DNA from: Myxococcales bacterium
GTDB taxonomy: Bacteria > Myxococcota_A > Polyangia > Polyangiales > JADJMO01
Reading direction: 5' to 3'
Assembly (NCBI GenBank): GCA_016794445.1
Contig: JAEUKC010000313.1
Span: 272-64,271 of the forward strand
DNA length: 64,000 nt
The notes under the pieces were generated by a model, which was not told the DNA's origin, ran no database searches, and saw nothing but the letters and a program-made list of their open reading frames with translations. A program made the position numbers and the translations under genes. Shown piece after piece: positions 22,260-31,163 of the stretch (position 1 is the stretch's first letter; each line of letters begins with the position of its first letter).

Positions 22260-22934
22260 ATGGACGTCAAGCCGACCTCGTCATCGCATGCAGCGTCCTC
22301 GCACGCGGATCGGGCCCTGGGCATCGAGGCGCCGAGTGGGCGGGCGGCGCGCGCGCGCGATGTGATCCTCCCTCCCGACCTGTTCACCGCCTCGGATCTC
22401 GCGCGGTTCTGCCAGGTCGATCTCAAGACGATCCACAACTGGTCCGACAAGGGCCAGATCCCGCACTTCCGCACGCCGGGGCGCCACCTGCGGTTCCGCC
22501 GCCTCGACGTGCTCGATTTCCTGCGTCGCTATGGCTACGCGATCCCCGACATCCTCCGCGCGACGCGCCCCCGCCTCGTGGTCGTCGACGCCGACGCGCA
22601 GACCCAGGCCACCCTCAAGCGCACGCTGCAGAAGCGCTTCGAGATCATCAGCTACGTCGACCCGGTCGACGCGCTCGTCAACCTCGCGCAGGTGCAGCCC
22701 GACCTGCTCGTCGTCGAGGTCGCGACCGAGGTCGGTGGGCTCGACGGCGTGCACTTCCTCGAGCGCCTCCGCGAGGTGGAGGCCACGCGCCACATCCGCA
22801 ACCTCGTCTTCACGAAGCGCCCCGACGTGAGGGCGCGCGCCCTCGCCGCTGGCGCCCTGTCGGTCCACGACAAGGACGACCTCGCCGGCCTCAAGACCGC
22901 GCTCGAGGCCATCTCCGGCGTCGGCAACGGCTGA
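22260..22934 (+). CDS. MerR/excisionase-type HTH fused to a receiver-like domain (acceptor Asp replaced by Glu)
   Basis: ATG 22260 in the frame of track ORF 22086..22934. HTH segment FTASDLARFCQVDLKTIHNWSDKGQIP. Receiver-like RLVVVDAD...PDLLVVEVATEVGGLDG...LVFTKR. Confidence 0.8.
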   Translation: MDVKPTSSSHAASSHADRALGIEAPSGRAARARDVILPPDLFTASDLARFCQVDLKTIHNWSDKGQIPHFRTPGRHLRFRRLDVLDFLRRYGYAIPDILRATRPRLVVVDADAQTQATLKRTLQKRFEIISYVDPVDALVNLAQVQPDLLVVEVATEVGGLDGVHFLERLREVEATRHIRNLVFTKRPDVRARALAAGALSVHDKDDLAGLKTALEAISGVGNG

Positions 22935-23308
22935 TGGCCGGCCTCGATCTCGCCGACGCCGAGCGTCGCGACCTCGTGGAGCGCTGCAAGGAAGAGGTGC
23001 TCGCCCTGGTCGACGAGGCGCGCGCCAGCGGGATCCCCCTCGCCGACGCGGTCGTGCTGGTCGCAGACGATCGCGACCCGCTCGGTCAGCGCGCCCTCGC
23101 GGCGTGTGCGGAGCTCGGCCACCCCGTCTCGGGTGCGGAGGTGTACGTGGTGGGGCTCCACCGCTCCATGGCCATCGAGCTCCTGCGTCGGGTGTCGCCG
23201 GCCCACGTCGACGACATGGTCGACGAGGCCCCGATCGGCGCGGCGCGCCTGCTTTGCGTGGCGTTTGGCGGGGTCCGCTCCACCTTCGTGGGCATCGCCG
23301 AGGCTTAG
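22934..23308 (+). CDS. hypothetical protein (124 aa)
   Basis: ATG 22934 overlaps the upstream TGA (ATGA), in the frame of track ORF 22220..23308. High GC3. Confidence 0.65.
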   Translation: MAGLDLADAERRDLVERCKEEVLALVDEARASGIPLADAVVLVADDRDPLGQRALAACAELGHPVSGAEVYVVGLHRSMAIELLRRVSPAHVDDMVDEAPIGAARLLCVAFGGVRSTFVGIAEA

Positions 23309-23347
23309 CGTGGTCTGTCGGCCGGGCCCGTGGCATTCTCTCCGGGG

Positions 23348-24265
23348 ATGAGCGAGGGCGGAAGAGGGCCGGGAGAGGGCACGGCCGCACGCCTGCGCGC
23401 CGAGGCGCTGTCCTCCGAGCGAGGGCTGCCCGTCTCCGAGGAGCAGCCCCTCTTCATCGCTCCGCCGCTCGACCTGCACCTGCAGACCCTGCAGACCGGG
23501 GTCGACTCGGGTTTCCGCGAAGCCATCGTGCAGGCGCTGATCGCCGACCCGCACGACGACCCGACCGGCACGCGGGCCAAGAGCCGCTCCGAAGCGAAGA
23601 CGGTCCAGGACATCGACGAGATGGCCGAGCTCCTCCCCGACGAGGGCGAGGTCACGCGCTTCGTGGAGCTCGGCGCCGACACCTCCAACGAGAGCACCGT
23701 CGTCGGCGAGAACCGCCTCGTGCTGCTGCAGCTCCTGCGGTCGATCGGCGCGATCGAGCGCACCCCCACCTCGCTCGACGGACGGCCCTCCAAGGAGTCC
23801 ATCCTCCTCGGTCGCGAGCGCGCGCTCCGCTTCCGCATCGCGCTGCTCGACATGTGGACCGACGAGCCGGTGAGCATGGTCGAGTCGGGGCCGCTGCGGC
23901 CGCACGCGCTCGATGCCCTGCTCCAGGCCGCGTTGCTCGTGGCGTTCGCGCACGATCCGGAGCCCGACCCGGAGGTCCTCGTCGGCGGCCGCGACCCCGA
24001 GCTGTTCGGCGCGGTGCTGTACGCCATCCGCGACCTCTGGCCCCACCTCGGCCGGCAGGTCGTCCGCGACGCGGGCGCGGCGGCCTGTGCGCGGGTGAGC
24101 GTGCTCGGAGCGGCGCGCGCCCTCGACATGTTGCGCAACCTCGCTCTCGACCTCGACGACGAGTCCCAGGCGGCGGCGACCTTGCTCGTCCACCACCTCG
24201 GCGATCTGATCGGCCCGCAGGTGGCCGAGATGGTCGGGCTCGTGCGCGGTGCGCTCGGCCGGTGA
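23348..24265 (+). CDS. hypothetical acidic protein
   Basis: Track ORF 23330..24265 (GTG). ATG 23348 is preferred because GC3 is low before it. No recognisable domains. Confidence 0.7.
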   Translation: MSEGGRGPGEGTAARLRAEALSSERGLPVSEEQPLFIAPPLDLHLQTLQTGVDSGFREAIVQALIADPHDDPTGTRAKSRSEAKTVQDIDEMAELLPDEGEVTRFVELGADTSNESTVVGENRLVLLQLLRSIGAIERTPTSLDGRPSKESILLGRERALRFRIALLDMWTDEPVSMVESGPLRPHALDALLQAALLVAFAHDPEPDPEVLVGGRDPELFGAVLYAIRDLWPHLGRQVVRDAGAAACARVSVLGAARALDMLRNLALDLDDESQAAATLLVHHLGDLIGPQVAEMVGLVRGALGR

Positions 24266-24296
24266 CGTCCGGCCTCTCGCCGTCTACGGGGGAGCC

Positions 24297-25526
24297 ATGC
24301 GGTTGCCTCTCGCCCTCTCCTCCCTGACTCTTGGCCTGCTCGTCGGATGCAGCGATCCAGCGGTGGCCCCGGCCGAGACCGACACGGGTCTCGACACGGG
24401 TCTCGACATGGGCACCGCCGACGGCACCCTCGACACGACGGCCGACACGGGCGCGCTGGACGCGAGCCCCGACACGAGCGGCGACGCCGCGACCGACACC
24501 AAGGCGGACACGGCGGTCGAGGCGGCGACCGACACCGCCGTCGACGCGACCCCACCGCTGCCCTCCTGCCTCGGCGAGACGCGGGCGATGGTCATCTCCG
24601 CCGGCCTCCCGTTCACCGACGTCTCCGTCGGCACCTCGCCGGCCAAGGTCACCGGCAAGTTCCTGCTCGATCTCGCGACCACGGGCTCGACGATCGACCT
24701 CGGGGCCTTCACCGGCACCAAGCCCACCGCATCGGGTTGCAACCCCGCGCTGCTCGGTCAGTCGTGCAAGTTCACCGACCTCGACTTCTTCGGCAGCTGG
24801 GGGATGGTCACGCTGCGCACCGCAGACCACTCCGGCATCACCGGATCGGTCCGCGAGGCGGGCATCCTCGGCACCGACTTCTTCTCCGTGCTGGCCCTCA
24901 CGCTGGACTACACGGGCAAACAGGTGCGCCGCACGACCAAGGCGTCGCTGTGCGACGACGCGACCCTCGCCGGCGCCGGCTTCTCTCCGCTGTCGACGGC
25001 GGGCTTCTACTCCAACGATTTCGGCAAGCTCAAGCCACTGTCGGCGGTCGACGCGGCCGCGCCGACGGGCGTCACCGTCGCCAACGTGCCCACCGTGCCG
25101 CTGTGGGTCGCGGGCGTGCGCGCCGACGCCCAGCTCGACACCGGCTTCGACGACGGCCTCGTGCCGTTCTCGATCAACGTGAACCAGGCGTTCTTCGACG
25201 CCATCAAGGCCAAGTCGCCGACCGCGCTCGTCCGCGACAGCTCGCGCGACCTCGTGCTCTCGACCTGCGTCGGCGGCCTCTCCGAGCCCGTCGAGGCCTA
25301 CACGCTCTCGGCCGGCAACGCGGCCGAGCTCCGCACCGAGGCCGGCGTCGCGGCGCACTCGTACCCGAAGGCCGTGCTCTTCGTGAAGCGCACCCCGGTG
25401 GGCGCGAAGGTCTGTGGCGGCATCGGCACGTGGACCGCGCCGGCCGCCCAGGTCGCGGCCTCGATCTTCCTCGACGCCGGCGTCATCCTCTTCGACCCCT
25501 TCAGCTCCCGCGTCTGGATGAGGTGA
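24297..25526 (+). CDS. lipoprotein with D/T/G-rich linker and a domain containing a DTG motif
   Basis: ATG 24297 in the frame of track ORF 24249..25526. Lipobox LLVGC. Linker DTGLDTGLDMGTADGTLDTTADTG. Motifs LLDLATTGST and AQLDTGFDDG. Confidence 0.8.
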   Translation: MRLPLALSSLTLGLLVGCSDPAVAPAETDTGLDTGLDMGTADGTLDTTADTGALDASPDTSGDAATDTKADTAVEAATDTAVDATPPLPSCLGETRAMVISAGLPFTDVSVGTSPAKVTGKFLLDLATTGSTIDLGAFTGTKPTASGCNPALLGQSCKFTDLDFFGSWGMVTLRTADHSGITGSVREAGILGTDFFSVLALTLDYTGKQVRRTTKASLCDDATLAGAGFSPLSTAGFYSNDFGKLKPLSAVDAAAPTGVTVANVPTVPLWVAGVRADAQLDTGFDDGLVPFSINVNQAFFDAIKAKSPTALVRDSSRDLVLSTCVGGLSEPVEAYTLSAGNAAELRTEAGVAAHSYPKAVLFVKRTPVGAKVCGGIGTWTAPAAQVAASIFLDAGVILFDPFSSRVWMR

Positions 25527-25854
25527 TCCTGGAGGGGCCCGCCCCTCGGGGTCGGCCGCCGCCCTCGGCACGGGGACCGAACGGCCCACGTGTGCGCCGC
25601 GACGACGGCCGCACGGGGACCGAACGGCCCGCGCACCGTACGCCGCGACGACGCCCACTCCCGCCGCGAAGCGGCGCGGGGGGTGGGAGGCGGTCTGCGA
25701 CGCGACGTAGCCCGAAGGGCGGAGGCGACGACGCTCCACTCCCGCCGCGAAGCGGCGCGGGGGGTGGGAGGCGGTCTGCGACGCGACGTAGCCCGAAGGG
25801 CGGAGGCGCGGCGCGGCGGCCGACCCCGAGGGGGGCAGGCCCCCCTCTAGCAAC
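25527..25854. repeat. intergenic composite repeat: 19-bp perfect terminal inverted repeats enclosing tandem 43-nt and 73-nt repeats
   Basis: TIR CCTCGGGGTCGGCCGCCGC at 25544-25562 and its exact reverse complement at 25813-25831. 43-nt units at 25569-25611 and 25612-25654 (first 19 nt identical). Perfect 73-nt direct repeat at 25655-25727 and 25736-25808 with an 8-nt spacer. Confidence 0.9.
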
Positions 25855-27465
25855 TCAGTGCCGGAAGTGGCGGAAGCCGGTGAAGACCATGGCGAGGCCG
25901 TACTGATCCGCGCACGCGATGACCTCGGCGTCCTTCACGCTGCCGCCGGGCTGTGCGATCGCCGTGACGCCGCCGCGCGCTGCGGCCTCGACGCCGTCGG
26001 GGAACGGGAAGAACGCGTCCGAGCCGAGCACGCTGCCCTTCGCGGAATCGCCCGCCTTCTTGAGCGCGATCTCGACCGAGACCACGCGCGACATCTGGCC
26101 CGCGCCGACGCCCACCGTCTCGACCGTGGTGCCGTTCGCGCGCGCGAGCACGATCGCGTTGGACTTCACGTGCTTGGTGACCTTCCACGCGAAGGTGAGC
26201 GCGCGGAGCTCGTCGGCCGTCGGCGGGCGCTTGCTCACGACCTTGGCCGCCTCGACCTCTCCCGCGCTCGTGGCGTCCGCGCTCATCGCGACGATGCCGC
26301 CCGAGATGCGGCGGTAGTCGAGCTCGGCGGCCGAGCGAGCCGGGGGTGGCGCGCCGACCGCGAGCAGGCGGAGGTTCTTCTTGAGGCGCAGCACCTCGAG
26401 GGCGCCCGTCGAGAACGAGGGCGCGACGATGCACTCGAGGAAAATCTCGCCCATCGCGCGCGCCGTGTCGGCGTCGACCTCGTGGCTCAGCGCGACGATG
26501 CCGCCGAACGCGCTGACGCTGTCGGCGTCGCGCGCCGCGCGGTACGCGTCCACCAGCGACGCCCCGGTGGCCACGCCGCACGGGTTCGCGTGCTTCACGA
26601 TCACGCACGCGTGCTCGCTCTCGGACGCGTGCTCGCGCACCGCCGCGAGCGCCGCCTCGACGTCGACGAAGTTGTTGAACGAGAGCTCCTTGCCACCAGC
26701 GCCCAGGGCCTCGGCGCGCGCGAGGGTGCCCGGCTCGGCGCCGCGCTGGCGGTAGAAGGCGCCGCTCTGGTGCGGGTTCTCGCCGTAGCGCAGCCCGTAG
26801 CCCTTCTCGAACGTGAGCGTGAGGTAGCGCGGATAGAGCGGCGCCTCGGGCTCTCGCGAGAGGTAGCCTGCGATCGCGCCGTCGTAGGCCGCCGTGTGCG
26901 CGAACGCCTTGGCCGCGAGGCGGGTGCGGGTCGCGAGCGAGGTCTGTCCGTCGTGCGCCTCGAGCTCGGCGACCACCGCGTCGTAGTCGCTCGGATCGAC
27001 GAGCACGGTGACCCGCGGGTGCGACTTGGCCGCCGACCGCACCATCGACGGCCCGCCGATGTCGATCTCCTCCACCAGCTCGGCGTGGGCGACGTTCGGC
27101 TTCGCGAGCGTCTCCTCGAAGGGGTAGAGGTTCACGACCACGAGATCGATCGGCTTGCCGCCGACCTTGGCGAGGTCGTCGGCGTCGATCTCGCCGCGCA
27201 TGAGGATGCCGCCGTGCACCCGCGGATGGAGGGTCTTCACGCGACCGTCCATGATCTCCGGCGAGCCGGTGTAGTCGCTGACCTGCACCACGGGCACGCC
27301 GGCCTCGACCAGGTGGCGCGCCGTTCCGCCGGTGCTGAGGATCTCGACGCCCCGCGCGACGAGAGCGCGGGCGAGCTCCACGACGCCGCGCTTGTCCGAG
27401 ACGGACACGAGCGCGCGACGGACGGGCTGCAGATCGGCGAGCGGGGGTGCGGGGACCTTCGACAT
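25855..27465 (-). CDS. purH: bifunctional AICAR transformylase / IMP cyclohydrolase
   Basis: C-terminal 536 aa of track ORF 25855..29391, starting MSKVPAPP at ATG 27465. Typical PurH motifs ALVSVSDK, GRVKTLHP, NLYPF, and C-terminal GGSVKD...FTGFRHFRH. Confidence 0.97.
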   Translation of the reverse strand: MSKVPAPPLADLQPVRRALVSVSDKRGVVELARALVARGVEILSTGGTARHLVEAGVPVVQVSDYTGSPEIMDGRVKTLHPRVHGGILMRGEIDADDLAKVGGKPIDLVVVNLYPFEETLAKPNVAHAELVEEIDIGGPSMVRSAAKSHPRVTVLVDPSDYDAVVAELEAHDGQTSLATRTRLAAKAFAHTAAYDGAIAGYLSREPEAPLYPRYLTLTFEKGYGLRYGENPHQSGAFYRQRGAEPGTLARAEALGAGGKELSFNNFVDVEAALAAVREHASESEHACVIVKHANPCGVATGASLVDAYRAARDADSVSAFGGIVALSHEVDADTARAMGEIFLECIVAPSFSTGALEVLRLKKNLRLLAVGAPPPARSAAELDYRRISGGIVAMSADATSAGEVEAAKVVSKRPPTADELRALTFAWKVTKHVKSNAIVLARANGTTVETVGVGAGQMSRVVSVEIALKKAGDSAKGSVLGSDAFFPFPDGVEAAARGGVTAIAQPGGSVKDAEVIACADQYGLAMVFTGFRHFRH

Positions 27466-27499
27466 GGCGCGGCGGTACCGGGTCCTTTGTGCGGGAGCA

Positions 27500-28594
27500 A
27501 TGGCGAGCGTTGGGCTAGGCTGCGCCGCCGTGTCCAGCGTGGATTTCGCCCCGGTTCTCGAGCTGCTCCTCGCCCACGAGGATCTGTCGGCGGCACTCAC
27601 CGAGCGAGCCTTCGGCGCCATCCTCGACGGCAGCTGGTCCGAGGCGCAGATCGCGGCCTTCGCGGTGGCGCTGCGCGCGAAGGGCGAGTCGCCGGCCGAG
27701 ATCGCCGCGGCGGCGCGGGCGCTGCGCGCGCGGGCGTTCGCGATCCACCCGCAGCTGCCCGCGGGCACGCCCCTGCTCGACACGTGTGGCACCGGCGGGG
27801 ACGGCGCGAGCACGCTCAACATCTCGACGATCACGGCGCTCGTCGTGGCTGCCGCGGGCGTCGCGGTCGCCAAGCACGGCAACCGCGCCGTCTCGTCCCG
27901 CGCGGGCAGCGCCGACCTGCTCGAGGCGCTCGGGGTGCGCGTCGTCGACGAATCGCCCGCCGTCGCCGGCCGGCTCACCGCGGCGATCGAGCAGGTGGGA
28001 ATCGCGTTCCTCTTCGCGCCGCGCCACCACTCGGCCCTGCGGCACGCGGCCAAGGTCCGCCGCGAGCTCGGCGTGCGCACCGTCTTCAACTTGCTCGGCC
28101 CGCTCGCGAACCCCGCCGGCGCCACCCACCAGCTCCTCGGCGTGTTCGACGACCGCCGCCGCGCGACCCTCGCCGCGGTCCTCGCCGAGCTCGGCACCGT
28201 GCGGGCGTGGGTCGTGCACGGCGAGCCGACCGACGGCGCACCGCGGGGGCTCGACGAGGTGTCGCCTTCGGGGCCCACGCGGGTCACCGAGCTCGATCGA
28301 GGCACGCTGCGCGAGCTCGTGATCGTCCCCGCCGACGCCGGGCTCGCGCCGACGCCGCTGTCGGCGCTGGCGGGTGGCGACGCGACCGAAAACGCCCGGG
28401 CGACGGAGGCCATCCTCGCAGGAGAGCCGCACCCGGCTCGCAGCGCCGTGCTGCTCAACGCCGCGTGCGCGCTCGTCGTGGCGGGTGTGGAGCACGACCT
28501 CGTCACGGCCCGACAGCGCGCCGAGCGGGCGCTCGACGACGGCCGCGCGAGAGACACGCTGGCCCGCCTGCGCCGCGCGATGGAGGCCCCGTGA
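27500..28594 (+). CDS. trpD: anthranilate phosphoribosyltransferase
   Basis: Track ORF 27332..28594. Motifs AFAVALRAKGES, DTCGTGGDG, KHGNRAVSS. Start uncertain: ATG 27500 or GTG 27530. ATG 27464 would overlap the purH start. Confidence 0.92.
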   Translation: MASVGLGCAAVSSVDFAPVLELLLAHEDLSAALTERAFGAILDGSWSEAQIAAFAVALRAKGESPAEIAAAARALRARAFAIHPQLPAGTPLLDTCGTGGDGASTLNISTITALVVAAAGVAVAKHGNRAVSSRAGSADLLEALGVRVVDESPAVAGRLTAAIEQVGIAFLFAPRHHSALRHAAKVRRELGVRTVFNLLGPLANPAGATHQLLGVFDDRRRATLAAVLAELGTVRAWVVHGEPTDGAPRGLDEVSPSGPTRVTELDRGTLRELVIVPADAGLAPTPLSALAGGDATENARATEAILAGEPHPARSAVLLNAACALVVAGVEHDLVTARQRAERALDDGRARDTLARLRRAMEAP

Positions 28595-29403
28595 GCGACG
28601 CCCTCGGGCCCATCCTCGCCGCCACGCGGGTCGAGTGTGCGCGCTTGCGGGGTGCGCTCCCCGACGACGTCGGCCACACCCCGCTCGACGTGTACGCGCA
28701 CCTCGGCCGCACCATCGGGAGTGCAGGGCCTGCGCTCGCGCTGATCGCCGAGATCAAGCACCGATCGCCCTCGGCGGGCGCCCTCTCTCGCGCGCTGTCG
28801 CCCGCCGACCGTGCGCGCGCCTACGTCGCGGGCGGCGCAGCCATGATCAGCGTGCTGGTCGATCGCGCGTCGTTCGACGGCGACTACGCGCACGTCTCCG
28901 AAGCGCGGGCCGCGGTGTCCGTACCCCTGCTCGCGAAGGGCTTCTGCATCGACCCGGTCCAGGTCGAGGCGGCGCGCCGGGCAGGCGCCGACGCGGTCCT
29001 CCTCATCGCGCGCATCCTGGACCACGTGGCCCTCGCGGAGCTCCACGCGTGCTGCCTCGCGACCGGCTTGACCCCGATCGTCGAGGTCGTGGACGAGCCG
29101 GAGCTCGAACGCGCGCTCGCGGTCTCCCCGCGCGTCCTCGGCGTCAACGCCCGCGACCTCTCGACGCTGGTGATGGATCGGGCGCGGGCGGACCGCGTGG
29201 TCGCGGCGATCCCTCCCGGGCCGCGTGCCCTGTTCTTCTCCGGTCTCTCGACCCCGGCCGACGTCGCGCGCCTCTCGGCGTTGCCCAGGGTCGACGGCGC
29301 CCTCGTCGGCGAGGTCCTCATGCGGAGCGACGCGCCGACCCCCGTCCTCGCCGCCCTCGCGGCCGCCGCGGGGAGCGTGCGCGGGCCGCATGCGCTAGAC
29401 TGA
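28591..29403 (+). CDS. trpC: indole-3-glycerol phosphate synthase
   Basis: GTG 28591 overlaps the trpD stop (GTGA), in the frame of track ORF 25858..29403. Motifs IAEIKHRSPS, LLAKGFCIDPVQV, GVNARDL. Confidence 0.92.
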   Translation: MSDALGPILAATRVECARLRGALPDDVGHTPLDVYAHLGRTIGSAGPALALIAEIKHRSPSAGALSRALSPADRARAYVAGGAAMISVLVDRASFDGDYAHVSEARAAVSVPLLAKGFCIDPVQVEAARRAGADAVLLIARILDHVALAELHACCLATGLTPIVEVVDEPELERALAVSPRVLGVNARDLSTLVMDRARADRVVAAIPPGPRALFFSGLSTPADVARLSALPRVDGALVGEVLMRSDAPTPVLAALAAAAGSVRGPHALD

Positions 29404-29409
29404 GGATCG

Positions 29410-30618
29410 ATGCTGCGTCGCGCCCTCGGGCTCTGTTGCTGGGCGGTCGCGGCGACCGCGACGCTCGGTTGCAGCGGCAAGGAGCGCGCGCCGTTCCTCG
29501 TCGAGCCGGACGCCAGCTACGACACGGCGCCTCCCCCCGACGGCTCCGATTTCGACGTGAAGGTGGACACCGCGCCCCTCGACTGCACGGGCGGCGTCGA
29601 CGCGGGGATCTGCGCGTGCACCGAGATCGGTCAGAAGCCCCCGGTCGTCTACCTGGTGCTCGATCGATCGGGATCGATGACGGCCAAGGACCTCGGCAGC
29701 AAGAGCCGCTGGGATCTCGTGCGCGTCGCGCTCTTCGACTCCACCGCCGGTGTGCTGCGCAAGCTCGGCGGCCGCATCGCGCCAGCGCTGGCCGTGTTCC
29801 CCGCCGCGAGCGCCGGCGCCACCCAGTGCTCGGCGGGCGCGGAGCTGCGGGCCCCGAGCACCGGCAACAAGGACGTCTACGACGACCTGCAGTCCCTCCT
29901 CGTCAAGGTCACGCCGGCCGGGGGCACGCCCACCGCGGCCACCCTTCGCGCCCTCTCCGCCAACCTCACCAAGCTCGCGGCCGACGGTCGGCCCGTGTTC
30001 GTGCTGCTCGCGACCGACGGGGCACCCAACTGCGCCACCACGGGGTGCACCGCCGACCGCTGCACGCGCAACATCGAGGGCGACCTCACCGCCGACGGCC
30101 GCAAGTGCTCGCCCTCGCTCAACTGCTGCGATCCGAAGGCCACCGCCGACGGCAGCCCGCTCAACTGCGTGGACGCCGACGCGACCGTCGCCGCCGTGAC
30201 GGCGCTCGCGAGCGTCGGGGTCAAGACGTTCGTCTTCGGCGTCCCTGGCACGGAGGCCTACGCCAAGGACCTCGACGCCCTCGCGGTCGCGGGCGGTACC
30301 CCCCGCGAGGGCGCGCCGGTGGGCGAGCGGTACTACGCCGTGAAGTCCACCACCCAGGACGCGTTCGTGGCCGCGCTGCAGGCCATCGCCGCCAAGGTGG
30401 TCGACGACTGCGTGGTCACGCTCGAGTCCGCGCCCACCGACCCCGGCGTCACCAACGTGCTCGTCGATGGAGTGCTGGTGCCCCAGGATCCGGTCGACGG
30501 CTGGACCTGGACCTCGGACCGCACGATCGAGCTGCACGGCAAGGCGTGCGCGCAGATCAAGGCCGGCCTCGTCGGGCGGCTCCAGGTCGCGGTCGGCTGC
30601 AAGACCGTCACGAAGTGA
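29410..30618 (+). CDS. von Willebrand factor A domain lipoprotein
   Basis: Lipobox ATLGC. MIDAS motif DRSGSM plus GGTPT and LATDG. Cys-rich insert. Confidence 0.85.
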   Translation: MLRRALGLCCWAVAATATLGCSGKERAPFLVEPDASYDTAPPPDGSDFDVKVDTAPLDCTGGVDAGICACTEIGQKPPVVYLVLDRSGSMTAKDLGSKSRWDLVRVALFDSTAGVLRKLGGRIAPALAVFPAASAGATQCSAGAELRAPSTGNKDVYDDLQSLLVKVTPAGGTPTAATLRALSANLTKLAADGRPVFVLLATDGAPNCATTGCTADRCTRNIEGDLTADGRKCSPSLNCCDPKATADGSPLNCVDADATVAAVTALASVGVKTFVFGVPGTEAYAKDLDALAVAGGTPREGAPVGERYYAVKSTTQDAFVAALQAIAAKVVDDCVVTLESAPTDPGVTNVLVDGVLVPQDPVDGWTWTSDRTIELHGKACAQIKAGLVGRLQVAVGCKTVTK

Positions 30619-31092
30619 TCAGGCGCCGCCGATCTTCGGCTTCTTGCCGGTGGTCGCGGGCGGCGCGACCGTCGTCGCCGGCGGAGCGGCGGTGGTCGTG
30701 GGCTTCGGCGCCGTGGTCGCCGTCGGGGTCGTGGTCGTGGTCGTGGTCGTGGTCGGTTTGGCGGCCGCGGTCGCCGCAGCCGTCGGCGTCGGCGTCGGCG
30801 TCGGCGCCGTCGCGGGCTTGGGCTCCTCCGGCTTCTTCTCCTCGTCCGCCGGCTTCTTCTCGTCGTCCGCGGGCTTCTTCTCCTCGTCGTCCGAGGCCTT
30901 CTTCTTCTTGTCGTCCTTCTTCTCTTCGTCGTCGTCGTCGGCAGCCTTCTTCTTCTTCTTCTTGCTGCCCTCGTCGTCCTTGTCCTTGTCCTTGTCGGAC
31001 TCCGACTTCTCGGGCTCTTCCTTCTTGCAGGCGGGCGCGGCCGAGACGAACACGAGGGTGGCGATCAGCAGGGTGAGGCGCGTCGACGACAT
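30619..31092 (-). CDS. low-complexity lipoprotein (K/D/E-rich then T/P/A-rich)
   Basis: Track ORF. Lipobox SAAPAC, repeats EEKKPAD and a run of 9 Thr. Its stop abuts the VWA gene stop (TGA 30616-30618 / TCA 30619-30621). Confidence 0.75.
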   Translation of the reverse strand: MSSTRLTLLIATLVFVSAAPACKKEEPEKSESDKDKDKDDEGSKKKKKKAADDDDEEKKDDKKKKASDDEEKKPADDEKKPADEEKKPEEPKPATAPTPTPTPTAAATAAAKPTTTTTTTTTPTATTAPKPTTTAAPPATTVAPPATTGKKPKIGGA

Positions 31093-31163
31093 GGCCCCCT
31101 GTTACCAGAGCGCTGCCCGCCCGGCACCTTGCTCGTCGGCGCCGTTTGGTCTCTGTTGGTCCG

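Noticed and set aside
25655-25808. Possible CRISPR array, because of identical direct repeats
   Set aside because: There are only two repeats, each 73 nt long and separated by 8 nt. There is no spacer-like unique sequence and no cas genes in the window. The geometry is incompatible with CRISPR.
25590-25850. 86-aa ORF with internal duplicated peptide inside the 25.6-kb repeat
   Set aside because: The duplication simply mirrors the 73-nt DNA repeat. The composition is Arg/Gly/Ala junk-like and there is no start context.
27464-27499. ATG 27464 as the trpD start, which would overlap the divergent purH start codon
   Set aside because: TrpD homology starts about 20 residues later. An overlapping divergent start is unlikely. 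ATG 27500 or GTG 27530 is preferred, but this remains unresolved.
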